In this document: positions 28,203 through 41,573 of the stretch, one piece after another
How the letters are laid out: each line of letters begins with the position of its first letter
How positions within the stretch are numbered: position 1 is the first letter of the stretch
Source of the DNA: Adineta vaga
Taxonomy: Eukaryota; Animalia; Rotifera
Length of the DNA: 64,000 nucleotides
NCBI GenBank assembly: GCA_021613535.1
Contig: CP075494.1
Span: forward strand, 12,710,001-12,774,000
Direction: 5' to 3'
The notes under the pieces: generated by a model
The model's input: only the letters and a program-made list of their open reading frames with translations
Told to the model about the DNA's origin: nothing
Database searches by the model: none
Program-made: the position numbers and the translations under genes

Positions 28203-30099
28203 ATTCTAAAATATTAGATTTGAATCTCGAAAAACAATACTCTAAAATAAACAAAATAGATAGTCTTGTCTTCACACATGTATTGTTTCCGACATTCTCA
28301 CAGTAAATATGGTTTACTAAGAATAACAACAATAGGTTTATATACGCTCGAAGCAATGACAGACATTTTTACTCTGAGCATGTTTTTCAAATGACCTTCG
28401 ATGTGTATCCTTAAAAACAATGTCAACTGACGAGCATTATTATCAATACTAGAGAAACATAAACATCTCATTTCATGAAAATCTTTAAACTTAGCAAGCA
28501 AGCTGACTAAAGATCGATTAATGGGTTAATTAATAAATAAAAATCCATATTATCTGTCATTCTATCCGTATTAACATTCTTCCTATAGATTACTTCCCAT
28601 CATATTCGAGACGACCATCTGTGCTAAATCGAAGATCAGTATACATAAACATGTGCGTGTTATAAATTCTATCTAGGTTAATAATTGATGCAGTATTGTC
28701 TTAGATTACTTCTTCTAATTCTAATAAATCTATGCGCATTATACATCTTGATGGTTTAAATAACTTAACTTACTATGATTTATTTTAGATGCGGAATTCG
28801 GAGAACAATTGATCAGGACTATCTATGCAAGTGCCTATGTTGTGTCTTTTGATCAATTTAACTTGTTCCGTTCGAATAGAGAACGAGAAAAGAAAGAACT
28901 CGAGTATTAATGGTATTGCTTTTATTCCCTATCGTAATTGTGCCAACAATTTTCCAATGTGATTAAAGCATGTGTACTTTTAATACCCTCTCATCAAAAC
29001 AAAAAAAAACGAGAAATGCTAGTTCTCTTTTGCTGTATCACGCACGCTCAGATAGGTTTTTCATATTTACTGATTTCCCAATGAGAGTAACCAAAAGAGA
29101 AAGAATAAAAAAAGATTGTCGGAACAGATGCAAGAAATTAGTCGATCAATTGATAAGCAGCATAGAAACTCAAGGTATTCTTTGTATTATTGAACTTATT
29201 CACGTAGTTTATTGCTCTACATGATTATTGTGTATCTATCATTATCAAACAAAAGAATGAATTATCTCCTAGGCTTGCTCAGAAGATCAATCAACTCTTG
29301 TATTTTCTTCTCCTTCTTCTTCTTGTTCTTGTTCTTCTTCTGTAAATCCGGTGACAACAAAAATATCTTTCGGATATGATATCTACGAGAAAAAAAAAAG
29401 ATTTCTTAATCACGTCAAAATTAGAAGGAAACAAAACTTCTCTGTCATTAATTCTTTTTTTAGGAGAGAAAAAGATAAATGACTTTTCTACAAATCTAAG
29501 AAATATAATCGTGTAGTGTCATGGAGAGATGAAGTTTTACCACTCTGACATTCAATTAGAATCTCTTGAATGTCTATTGATGATATATTATAAACAAAAG
29601 TTGATTCATTCTAGACGATGAATGTTTAAAAGAAATCAAAGATGACAAACATCATACTGGTACAATTACAAATGAACGGAAATAAGGACTTCAGATATGT
29701 TTATGGTTCTTTCCACGAAATACATCATTGACATATGACAAATATTTGACAAGGAACTTTTCTAGTCAAATTAAAGCTATGCGTTCCTCATCTACATTCA
29801 AAATCTCATCAGATAGAATATGTAAATCAAATCTCTCTCTTACCGTCCGTAATCAGTGTAGTTCGTTAGGAAAACAGAATGATGGAATCTAAAGTAAATA
29901 TATAGTCGAAGAACAACAGTGCAGAGACAAACTATGACAATAAAGCAATAAAAAGTGCATTGGTAGACAAAAAATAGTGATTGCAAGAATAATTAGCAGA
30001 TCGATCGAATGTATAGCTAGTCTTGTTGATCGACGTTTAGTTCTTCTTCTTTTTCTTTCCTTCTGTTTTCTCAATATCTCTTGTTTTTCTATTTTGTAA

Positions 30100-30119
30100 A
30101 TATATATATATATATATAT
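30100..30119. repeat. (TA)n microsatellite
   Basis: Perfect AT dinucleotide run. Confidence 0.85.
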
Positions 30120-31413
30120 GTTTTGCTCTCACTGAAGAGAATGAATGTAAAGAAAAGTACTAATAATTACAAGAACTTATCAACGGTTGATGCTAAAATC
30201 ATGTGGATATGTCAAGATGGTTGAGAATTTCATTCTGTAAAACTCTAACAAGAAAGACATGAATAAAAAATTGCTATTTATATCAATGAAATGGAATCTT
30301 TTTCTCTCGCGGAAACATCTGTATGAAAGGCAGTTTTTTTGACAGTTCACTTTTTTGCTAAGCAGATGACATTTTAATATAATAATTGAATTGAACATTT
30401 CAAGTGTTTTAATAATGATTATATTTTAGTTATACGTATCTAAGATTTTCAAAAAAAAAAGCAATCACAATTATAGTTAGAGGACGTATAGTGGAAAACA
30501 ACATATCGACTCATTTATTTGTACATGAATGATACTGTAATATATCTCAGAAATGATTAACAACATACAGCTGTTCCTCTTCGTCAGTAGTAGTAGAATT
30601 ATAACGAGAGAAATTAGTCCGATGAGGAAAAAATGTTTAGATGAAAAGAACAGTTATGAGAATAACAAAGATTTGAAAAATAAATCATTATTCATTAAAT
30701 GAGAAGAATGAATAAAGAAAAAGTTATATATTAAATCAGAAATTGGACGAGACAAATATCAATTTAATGATCAACATATTTAACGAACTGATTTGTCAAT
30801 ATGGATCCTAAGTAGCAATAGAATCTATGAAAACAGCTGGATGCTATTATCAATAAGAACGTTTATTTGCTGCTGTTATTATAGTATTATCATAACGAAA
30901 GACCAGTGCATAATTGATTGTGAAAAAAGAAAAGTTAATTTTTCAAAATCTATAATTTTCTTCATTGAAATTATCAATTGTATAATAATGTCATAACTAT
31001 CTAATGTTCTTTCATCATCTAAATATAAATTAGTTCTACATATGTTAGTTTATTCCATAGTGACATTGACCTTTAGTGAGAAAAAATGTAACTTACAGAA
31101 CATACTTTCAAAGAAAAGATATTCTATAAGATTATTATAGTGAATATTCGATGATACTCAATGAAACTTGAGAGTGATTAATGTCCATCTATAAACAAGA
31201 TAAAATGATCTTAATATTTGGTAGACGTGATATTGATGACAACCAATGATATTGACGAAGAAGAATTGTATTTTTTCCCCCCGATAAATACAGTTTATTT
31301 CAATAGAGATAAATATGTTTTCAAGTATTCTTACTTGAGAAAATAATGACGAAGAATACTATCACAAAAATATAAACATGACAAAAAACAACGAAATAGA
31401 GTTTAGTAAAGTT

Positions 31414-32774
31414 TCAATCATCATCATCATCATCAGGAATGGCGGGTGGAAGTGGAGAAGATGAAGTTCGTGAAAGACTTCTTGGATTCGGAGAAGATTC
31501 TGAAGATAAATCATTTGCATATAAACATTCGAGTTTCTGTGTATATTCTGCTTCATATTGTAATGTTTTCACTTTTTCTTCAGCAAGAGTTTGTTCATAA
31601 TAGGAAGTCAGTTCGAAATTTTCTAATTCAGCTGTTAAATATTGTTCATTTAACATTTCATTTTCATGTTTAAGTAATTCATACTCAGCTAATAAGTTCG
31701 CATATTCTAAAACCAAATGATCGAACTTTAGTTCTTTGGAAAAAAAGCCGGATTTACCTTGTTCAAGATCTTGTTGCAATCGATGAGTTTTATCCGCGTT
31801 TTCATTCAATTTTTTCAATTGTTCACAACAATCATCTTCTAATTTTTTTCGTTCATTTACAAAATCATCATTCATTCGTTTTAATATATTTTGTAAACGA
31901 TTGACTTCATTTTGTAAATCAATTTCACTAATATAATCATTCTGTTTTTCGACTAGACTTTCTTTGAAATTTGATTCGAATTTTAAAAATTTCGAATCTT
32001 CATCAACATCAATCGCATCTTTCACAATGGTTGATGTATCTGTCGAAGAATATTTGATATTCATTAGAGTTTTATTCGATGGAATACATTTCATTATATG
32101 CAATTCTTTTCGATTAAAATAATGTGGTTTATCAAGAATAATTCGATCGACTTGATCTAAGAAGAAAAAGGACAAAAAGATCTAAGATCAATTTGAACCA
32201 TTTCATTTACCATAATCAGCAAATTCTACAAGGAAATAATCAAAGTTTGTTTCATGACAATATTTACAAGCATAAATCGGTCCATAAGAAGAAAAATATG
32301 CACGTAATTCTTTGAGAAAATCTTCATCGATTTCAAGAAAATCACTAATAATCATAATATCACGTGTTATTTCGATATGTTCTTGAGGATGTTCGGTACT
32401 AAATGGTAGGGCACGTTTAACATGTCTAAATTATATCACAGAATTCAATGTAATTCGAGTAAATATTAAGATAAATCACTTACAGATGTCGACCATCGAG
32501 TCGATGTGGACGCCTAGTCATACATCGATCGACACTTTGAACATTTTCATATGTTATAAAAACATGACCACCACCTGTTGGTGAACTAAAATTGTAATGA
32601 TGAATCGTACCAAATTGTTCAAAATAAGTTCTAAAATAAGAATCAAAACAGAACTGAATTTAAGACTTGCAAAATAAGTACGAACAATAAAGTATGAGGT
32701 TCTGTTTGATAACTAACACCACTAACACAGATTTCCAAATGAAGAGATTCAAGGTGTTGACGATAACTGGACAT
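31414..32774 (-). CDS. Two-RRM (hnRNP A/Musashi-like, divergent) protein with C-terminal coiled coil
   Basis: MSSYRQ...ICVSGVSYQTEPHTLLTYFEQFGTI...GHVFITYENVQSVDRCMTRRPHRLDGRHL.HVKRALP; second RRM LRAYFSSYGPI...YFLVEFADYDQVDRIILDKPHYFNRKELHIMKCIP; then heptad-rich region. Confidence 0.8.
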
Positions 32775-33050
32775 TGAAGATGAGATTACTACTATCTAGA
32801 ATTTGTTCGCATGAATGAATGAATGAAAGAAGAAAAATGTTAGTCATTGACTTAACGGATATCAGTAGAGGCAGCACATGTAAGAAGAATGTCTCCTAAA
32901 TATAACAGAAATAGATATTTCATTTCATCCGATATATACGTCGCTCAATTTTAAAATAATTCTATCAAATTAATGTTCACTTCAATAATTGTTCAAAATT
33001 TATATCTGCAAAAACCAACATTCACAATTTTTACAATAAACAAAAAGAAC

Positions 33051-33503
33051 CTATTCTAAGCCCGCGATCATTTTCAATAGATATTGTCGAGCTTCTTGCA
33101 TTTCATTAGTTAATAGTTGATTTTTGGTTGTTAATGTAGTTAAATCCTTTTTTAATTTTGTATTTTCACTAATTAATTCAAGAGATTCAGTTTGAAAATA
33201 TCCATTTGAACAAGGCAAATCATTTGTTTGATTTTTCAATTGTTTTTCTTTTAAATTAAGTTCTAAACGCATCAGATCAAGTTCTAATTTATATTCATGT
33301 AATAATGTTGAAGACTTTTCTAGTTCATTACAAAGTTTACTAATTTGTTCTTCATGAGTTTTTTGTAATTGAACTATTCGTTGTTCATAATCTTCTTTTT
33401 GTTGAATAAGATCATTTTTTAAAGAAATAATATTATTATTATTATCTGGTTCACATTTTACTGTTCGATATATATCCGGAGAGATGGGAGAATTACAATT
33501 CAT
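33051..33503 (-). CDS. 150-aa coiled-coil protein
   Basis: Open frame with splice acceptor directly before the ATG (ttttcag|ATG), heptad-rich, TAG stop. Confidence 0.65.
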   Translation of the reverse strand: MNCNSPISPDIYRTVKCEPDNNNNIISLKNDLIQQKEDYEQRIVQLQKTHEEQISKLCNELEKSSTLLHEYKLELDLMRLELNLKEKQLKNQTNDLPCSNGYFQTESLELISENTKLKKDLTTLTTKNQLLTNEMQEARQYLLKMIAGLE

Positions 33504-34270
33504 CTGAAAACAAAAAAAGTTTCATTGTAGATGTATTCATACTAAGATTGTTTATAACGTTAAAATTGGGTATTTCTAAATGAACGATCCAGATAATATG
33601 AATCAAGATGGCGCGAATCAGTTCTTTTTTTATTAGAGAAGAATATACAATTTATATTTTCTCATTGGTTCATGAACGAAAGGACTATCAAAGATGTTTT
33701 CTTTTGTGTTCTTGAAATCAAATTATGAGATACGGATAATCGATTGTCTAAAGTTAGCTTTTCATTTACTGAGGATAAAGGTAAAGATCTATGCATATAA
33801 ACGAATCAAATTCGAAATGAAAGCTGTTTGACTGATGAAAGATGGCCTATATTAAGATCATTACTAACAAAAATGGATTAACATCAGAACAGTAAAGAGA
33901 TTAGACACTTTCTTCCTTCGAGAAAGATCTTTTACATTAACACATCTTGGACCTTAGTAAAACTTATTTTTCATCAAAATTCTTTCGTACATGATATTAT
34001 CATGTAAACTAATGGGTTTGAATTATTTCTATTTAAGATAACCGCTACGGTATTCTATTTGACAAGCAACACAATGCGTTTTTTCACTTAACATCATGCT
34101 CTCGTAATTCGAAATATTTTCGCTCATATGTATCTGTTAGATTCTTATCATTAATCTTTGTTCATATATGTTTTATGAAAAATTTCTTTAGTCAATTAAT
34201 ATTATTATCATCGATGTTTTATACACACGCATACATTACACAGAAAAATATTGAACAGAAATAAATACAA

Positions 34271-35902
34271 TCAAATATGAAGCATACTAATAATTTTTTC
34301 AATTCGTTGTGTCGCTGCATCGAACATAGAAATTTTAATTGTAAATAAATCGGGATCATCAATTGAACGCAAACATTCTAATAGTTCCATGAATTCTTGT
34401 CCAATTGCTGAACATTTTAATTCTCGAATACGTATTTGTGCGTCACGATCAAATGATTCATTATCTAATTTAGCATTGATAATTTGTGTTTGTGATCGTT
34501 TCAAAAGAGCTGTTGGTAAGTGCAATTGATTATTATGATGTGGTAAACGACGTGGTGAACGATTCACTTCATCGTTTATTGCTAAGACTGTTGTAGATCG
34601 TGCAAAGCGAAATTCATTTGATGGTGGTGGAGGAGGAGGAGCCGGTGGTAGCATTTGAGTTTTCATAATCATATCATTCGTAGTTTCTATTGATGGAACC
34701 GTCATAGTATTACTTTTATCACCAAATAACTAGAAGAAGAAAGATATTCATGATTTGATACATTTGATTTTTCTAAACTTACATCAAGAATACGTGTTGT
34801 TTGTCGTTGTGTACGATTTGTTGGACGAACAATATTGACCATTTCATTTTGATCTAATCGTTCGGGAACAAATTGACGTTCATTTAAATTCTCTGCTAAA
34901 GGTTCACCAGGCTTTTTAAATAGATAGAAAATAATAAGATAGAATAGAATATATCGATAAACCTACGTAGAGTCGAACATATTTGTACAACCAAATACCA
35001 AATGGTACATCGATATTTTTAAGAAGTATTTCATCAACTTCAGTGCGTTCAGGAACAACTAAAATCAACAATCGAATGAAAGAGAGAGAAAATATACTGA
35101 ATAGAATCTTACGAAGTCCAGGTCCAGTGTAACCAATACGTCGTTTTTCATCCATTAAATGTCGATAATCAAAGCCTAGACGACTTTAAAAAAAATCAAT
35201 TTTTATATGATAGTTGTTTTGTTGTAAAATTGAATCTTACTCGCATGCCTGCTTAATAGAATAATTTGTTGGTACAGCATTTTCATCACCATACTGTTCA
35301 TGTTGTTTACTAAATATTGAAAAGTGAAAAGATATAATCAATTAATATGCTAATGTCTCGTACTGAACAGTGGATTGACGATTGACAACAGTTGACGTAC
35401 GACGAGCAGCGGATGGCATAGGCGTATGCGCTTGATTCCGTGGAAAAATTGAACTGAAAACATTGCTTAGAGAAAGAGACTATGATTTCAATGGTCTTCT
35501 TACGGTCGTGATTGCACTGGTGGATCACGTGAAGAATTCATTGTTGGACGACTCGTTTGACGATGTGCTGTTCTAAAAATAGAAAATCATTTCCAATTTA
35601 TCAATGAAGTTTATATTATCAACAACTTACTTAGCTTGTTGATAGGATGCTGGAGATGGTTGACTAAAATAAAATGATCAGGTTCGATTATTTCGAAAGA
35701 GAAAAAGAAATATATACGGTGCAACTCGTCGCATTTGGTGTTGTTGTTGTTGGTGGTGTGGCTGATGCGATGAAGGCATCGGTGGTCGAAGACCACTTGG
35801 TGCAGGCGGTCGTAGACCACTAAAAGAATATTATAAACTGAAATATATACTTTTTAAAATAAAAACATACGTTGAACGAACTGCTGTTGGTGGACGAAGC
35901 AT
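34271..35902 (-). CDS. Uncharacterised multi-exon protein (Pro/Gln-rich N-terminus, polyproline, helical C-terminus)
   Basis: MLRPPTAVRS...GLRPPAPSGLRPPMPSS; series of short GT-AG-bounded exons; last exon equals ORF 34271-34705. No family recognised. Confidence 0.65.
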
Positions 35903-36156
35903 AATTAATATCAATAAATGTCACTTGATGATAAAAAAAAAGCGAACGAACGAACGATCAAGACTTTTTGGAAACAAAGGTCTTTGTCCCATTGAAATAG
36001 TGCGGTTTAAATCAAGTGAATTTCTTTGCTCTCAAAATAAATTTTGCTTTTATTTAAAATATCTTTATTTAATAATTTCACTCATTTTTTAAAGTTGTTC
36101 AATAGAAAAAATTTCGCTCAATAGATGTCATTAGTAATGCCAAAATCGATTGAGGT

Positions 36157-36170
36157 ATTGTCATAACAAC
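36157..36170 (+). promoter_or_regulatory. RFX X-box-like motif upstream of ARMC9
   Basis: ATTGTCATAACAAC 70 nt before the ATG, within a roughly 340-bp divergent intergenic gap. Confidence 0.45.
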
Positions 36171-36239
36171 AGATCGAAATACTTACATCGGATTAAACAA
36201 ATCAATCAATTAGATCGGCTATTGAATAAAAACAAGTTA

Positions 36240-38944
36240 ATGTCTCAACCAATTGATTTTCGTATCAATGATTATATTATTGAATATCTCGAATCCAAAG
36301 GTTATTCACATACAATGAATACATTTGTTCGAGAACGTCAAGATCGAAAAGAACCAATTGATAAGACAGAAAACGGAATTTTAAGTGAAAAAGAAAAAGA
36401 AAAAGAAAGATATGAAAATATCAAAGTATTACGTTCATTTGAAATAAATCTTCATTTCTCTTATCATATTCATTTTTTATTTTTATAATTAGGAAGAAAT
36501 GTTAAAACATTTAGATAATGGTAATCGAGAAGAATTCTTTCAACTTTGGTCAGAACATATACCATCCAATGTTATTAATAATGATTCATCGATAAAATCT
36601 TTAGAATTCTTAATCTATACACATTTTGCTGTTTATTATCTACGCTCAAATATATCAGATAGAGTATGTTATTCTTTTTAGCTTCAAGAACAAATCTATT
36701 TTTCGATTAGGATGAACAAAAAGCTCAAGAAAATATGCAAATCTTTCGATCATATATTGAATCAATTCGAGGTCGATCTATTTCACAAACAAGTGATCTA
36801 TTACCATTATTTGCTTTACCATATGTACCAGAACCAGAAAGACATGAATCCTATAAAGATTTATTTTCTGTTTGTATCGAATTCTTTCTTCACATTCTCA
36901 TTGAATCTTTTGTTATCTTCATAGGATGAATGGCCAGTACAATTACGTAAAAAAGTTTGGGATTTCTTAGAATGGGTGGTAACAGGTCGATCATTACCAA
37001 GTCTTGTTGAATTATTACAAAATGGTGAACGTGCATCACAGGTCTTAGTACAAATAAATAATGAGAATGAAGAGTTGAAATATCGAAATCGAGAAACTAA
37101 TAGACAACTTAAAAATTTAAGTACAGATTATTATAATTTGATTAGTAAGTTAGAAAAAAAGGTATACGTAATTTTATTCGTATCTATTTCTTTTCGAGAT
37201 ATTACAATGGAATTAGTTGAAACATTACAACAAGCAATTGTAGGCAAAACAATTACAAATGATTATATTGATAATGTATGCGCACGTCTTCTATTAGCAA
37301 GAACATCAGGTTCATTGGCAACTTCAGCAGGTTCTTCTCGATCAAGGTAATCATTTATACTTGCTCTTTCAATTATATTCTGTGATTCTTTCTTTGCTTT
37401 TAGTTCCAATGATCATTACACAGAAAAACTTGATTTTGGTAAAATTAAACGAGATTTAGTGAATCTTTATACAAGTGCACGTGAAAAAGCCCTTTTACTT
37501 CAAGCACTTCGCTGGAAATTAACAAAAGCTAAATCTGATTTTCAACGTGAAAAAATCATTGATTCATTTATTGGTTGTGATCTACTTGGTTGCCGTTCGG
37601 ATCTTGAACAACGTGCGAAAATTATTCAACAGCTATCATCACCGATTGGTAGTGATGCGTATTATGTGAAAGAAGAATGGGCACGTTTAATCAATACACT
37701 GGCTTCATTAAGAAAAGGTCGAAATTATTTAGCTCCTAATGAAGCATTAATTATTTGTATGCAGAAAGCAACAGTCTCTGAAGCGTCAGATACACTTATT
37801 AAACAACATTTATTAGCAGCATTACAAAAATTAAGTCTTAGGTAAAATAAGATTTCAATGTAGAGAAAAAGAGTATCATTTTATTTAACAGACGATCTGT
37901 TCAAACGATTATGATCAATCATAATACCATCCGATGGTTAATACCATTATTAAGTCACACTGATCGCTTGTCTGATTATACTTTAGGTAAAATTTATTGA
38001 AAGAGAAAGTCATTTGGCTAAAAATGTATTTTTAGAATATGGAGTGGCTTTATTAATGAATTTATGTTTACGTACAAATGGTCGTAAGAAATGTGCTGAA
38101 ATAGCAGAACAAGCGATCAATGTTCTTTCGTCATTATTAACTCATCCAAATCAAGAAGTATTCAATTTCTTGATACAATATGAACTTTTCAGTTCCTCTA
38201 TTTATTTGTATAGACACGCCCGTATGTGAATTCATCATTATATTCAATATTGACTTTGAAATCAATTCGTAGTAAAGCGATGGAACTGGTAAAATTTAGA
38301 TACAAAAAATGTATTAGTTGATAACAAAATTTTCTTTTGTAGAATCTTGACAGTCATCTTCGTTCGTTGATTCGAGTTGAGAAAGCGAATTCAGAAACTA
38401 AAGGTCAATTAGAATTTCTTCTTAATCTTCTATTAAAAGGTGGTGATCAAGATGGTCGACAAACATCAGACAATGAACAAGATAATGATGATGTAAAATG
38501 TTCTTTCTTTTTCTATTCAATACTTTCTCTAACCAAAATGATCACATCATATTTTAGGAAGATCAAGATATCATGGAAGCTGATTTAGATCTTGCTGATA
38601 AATTACGTGCTACCGATAAGGAATTAAGTGGTGAAACATTAATTAATGAACATTATATATCTAGAAAATCTTCCTTAAATACTATTTTACGTCATACATT
38701 AACAAATGATATGAAATCAAAATCGACACTTGATCCTGTTCTTCAACGACCCACAACTCCTGGCCAATTACGTCATGCGACAACTGCACATGCCGTTGAT
38801 TCATTGGCTCATAGTCTAGCCATGGTTGATGTGTTTAACAGTCATAGTGATGGATTTGAAAGTGCTATTTTTAGTAGTTCACCAAGAAAACGTCTATCGA
38901 CAAGTGATGAAGCGAGAATCTCAAATGATGAAGAACAATCGTGA
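36240..38944 (+). CDS. ARMC9: LisH domain-containing protein ARMC9, multi-exon
   Basis: LisH INDYIIEYLESKGYSHTMNTFVRE; FFQLWSEHIP, LEFLIYTHFAVY, LLPLFALPYVPEP, ALLLQALRWKLT, LAALQKLSLRR, YTLEYGVALLMNLCLRTNG, LQRPTTPG. Confidence 0.93.
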
Positions 38945-39037
38945 TAATTTCAATGGAAATGAAAACAAAATCTCATATTTTCTTGTATTTATTGTATTCA
39001 TACATCTATTATATATATATGGAAAGAGAGCGCGCAT

Positions 39038-41496
39038 TTAAACCATAGCTGATCGAATGACTTCATTGCAAAGTTCTTCACGCGCTTGTCGATTCTCGAT
39101 CTTTTCTTGTCTTTTTTCACGTTGTTGAGCATGCAACTCTAATTGTTTTTTGATATCATTATTTACTCCGCTAAGTTTTTTGTTCAAACGAGCAGTGACC
39201 TTTTTAGAAAATAAAAAACAATGTTCAATACATTCATTTTTAATGCTTTGATTTACTTCAATCTTTTGAGCAAGAGTAATTTCATGTGGACGAGTGACGA
39301 AACTTGACACTTTACCAGGCTTTTTTGAACCAATACGACCAACACGACCTGCACGATGAATGTAATCAGAAATAAAAGATGGAAAATCAAATTGAATCAC
39401 ATGTTCAACCTAAGATAATAGATGATCAGAATAAGGAGAATATGACTGAATCGATCATACCCAATATGTATCAACACCTCGTGAAATGATATCAGTAGCA
39501 CACATTATATTATTCTCACCAGTACGAAATTTTTCTAAATTGTTCACACGTTTCTTAAAAAAAACAAAGAACAAAAATTCTTTCATTGCTTACGAATGTA
39601 TAATAAGAGAATTTACTGTATTGGTCATCTCACTGTGCATGACAAGAATTTCAATACGTTGATTACGAAAAAATTGTTGAAGAAATTGTACTGTTTTTGT
39701 TTGATTACAAAATATCAAACAAGAATGTTTCTTTTCAATATCATTCTTTACTAATTTCAGTAGAAGACCTGTAAAATTCAAACAAGATGATGGAATAATT
39801 AATTGTCAAGTTCTAAGAGCAAACCTAGTTTTTGTTGGTTTCCAATTCGATAGAATTTCTGAGGAACATGAGGCATTATACGATGTACAGATGGAGTTAA
39901 CGTTTTATCAATTTGATCAGTCTAACAATTGAAATAGAAAAGAATATAGTCTAAATCGAAAAAATATATCCGTCGTCGTCGTACGAACACTAATTAATTC
40001 TTTGAGACTTTCTTCAGTAGCAGTAGGTATTGTAGCAGAAACAAAAACAAGTTGAACAGCTGGTGGAGCATCATGTTCAAGATTATTAATCGGTTGTACA
40101 TCAACCTATTTATTTATTTATTCTATACAGTTCATCTTTTAAAATATACGTATTTCTTACCTCTAAACGTCGAATAATTTCTACCACCGCAGGACTAAAT
40201 GTAATATCAAGAAGAGTATCTGCTTCATCGACAATAATATGTCGAAGATTAGCACCAATTAACCGTCGTTCAATACCGAAATGTTCATCTAAATCGATTT
40301 CGAATCTATATATACTAACAAACAAAATAAAATAGTTACCTTGTCTGAGAAGTCGTAGTAAAACACCTGGTGTAGAAATAATGAAATCAACTTCACCAAG
40401 AGTAAAATTTAATGGATCCTAAAGTAATCTATTATTTTGAATAAATACAAACACTTCGAAGATTGATTACTTTATCAGTATTGATTCCAACTAAACTTCG
40501 TGTTCGTATGTTCAAATCATTGAATATTTGTAACATATTCTATAGAAAGATATATTTTCTTCTTTCAATTATTCTGTATTCTATTTACTTCGATTTGAAG
40601 TACTAATTCTCGAGTTGGTGCAAGAATAATTGCAAATGGTGCATTTTCCATGGATATCAAACGATTAGATGTTTTCCATTGTAGTAATGATTCAATTAGT
40701 GGTACAAGGTATGCTAATGTTTTTCCGCCACCTTTAAAAACAAAACAAAAAAGGAAAGAATGATTTGAAAATGATTGTTGAAGAATTCATTTTGTACCAG
40801 TTTCTGCTGCAACAATCATATGTCGACCAGTTCTTAATTCTGGAATAACACGTGATTGAGTAGATGTCGGCTGACGAATATTTACTTTTCTCAAAAGTTC
40901 AATAAGTTCAGGTTTACAATCGAGTTGTTCAAATGTTGGTACAGTTGATTGCGACCAAGATGGATTCTTAAAATGATGATCAATTGTAAAAAAATCACCT
41001 TTAGATAATCGATGTTGCCAAGCACCAGAAGCTACATGTTTATCAGTCATATGTTTATATTCCCGACCTACGGAAAACAGAAGAAAAAAGACGATGTTTA
41101 TGTTTGTCTAATTTTAAATTTTACCTGGATAATGATTGAATTCAGAACGTTTACAAGCAACGACTGCTGATTGTGATCGATCCTATGGAAAGCTCTCTAT
41201 AAGATAGGAGTAAAATAATGAATCAGAAAACATACTCCTGGTGGATCTTCTTCTTGTTCTTTTTTATAAATCTTTTTTGCGCGTTGTCTTTCAATATTTT
41301 TAACCATTGAGTGTGGTACAGTAATTTGATTACTTGTTTCAATTGGATTCTTCAATTAAATACAACAAACGTTTTTTTTTTTGCTTTCAAAACTTTCTAT
41401 TTAACTTACAACACGATATGATGACAACCTGATTAACAATGATTGCGTGTAATACCTTGTTAATCCAGTAAATAATCGTTGTGTAGTGATAATCAT
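39038..41496 (-). CDS. DDX28: Mitochondrial DEAD-box RNA helicase DDX28-like, multi-exon
   Basis: Transit-like N-terminus; [63 protein letters not shown]. Confidence 0.9.
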
Positions 41497-41573
41497 CTTT
41501 GAAAAAAAATGATACAAATCTGCAATAACAAATTCGTTTTTTTTATTTATTTTAACAAAAAACAAACAAAACA

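Noticed and set aside
29844-29888. HHSVFLTNYT looks faintly like the VIP/secretin peptide start
   Set aside because: Too short, no established start codon or signal peptide in frame.
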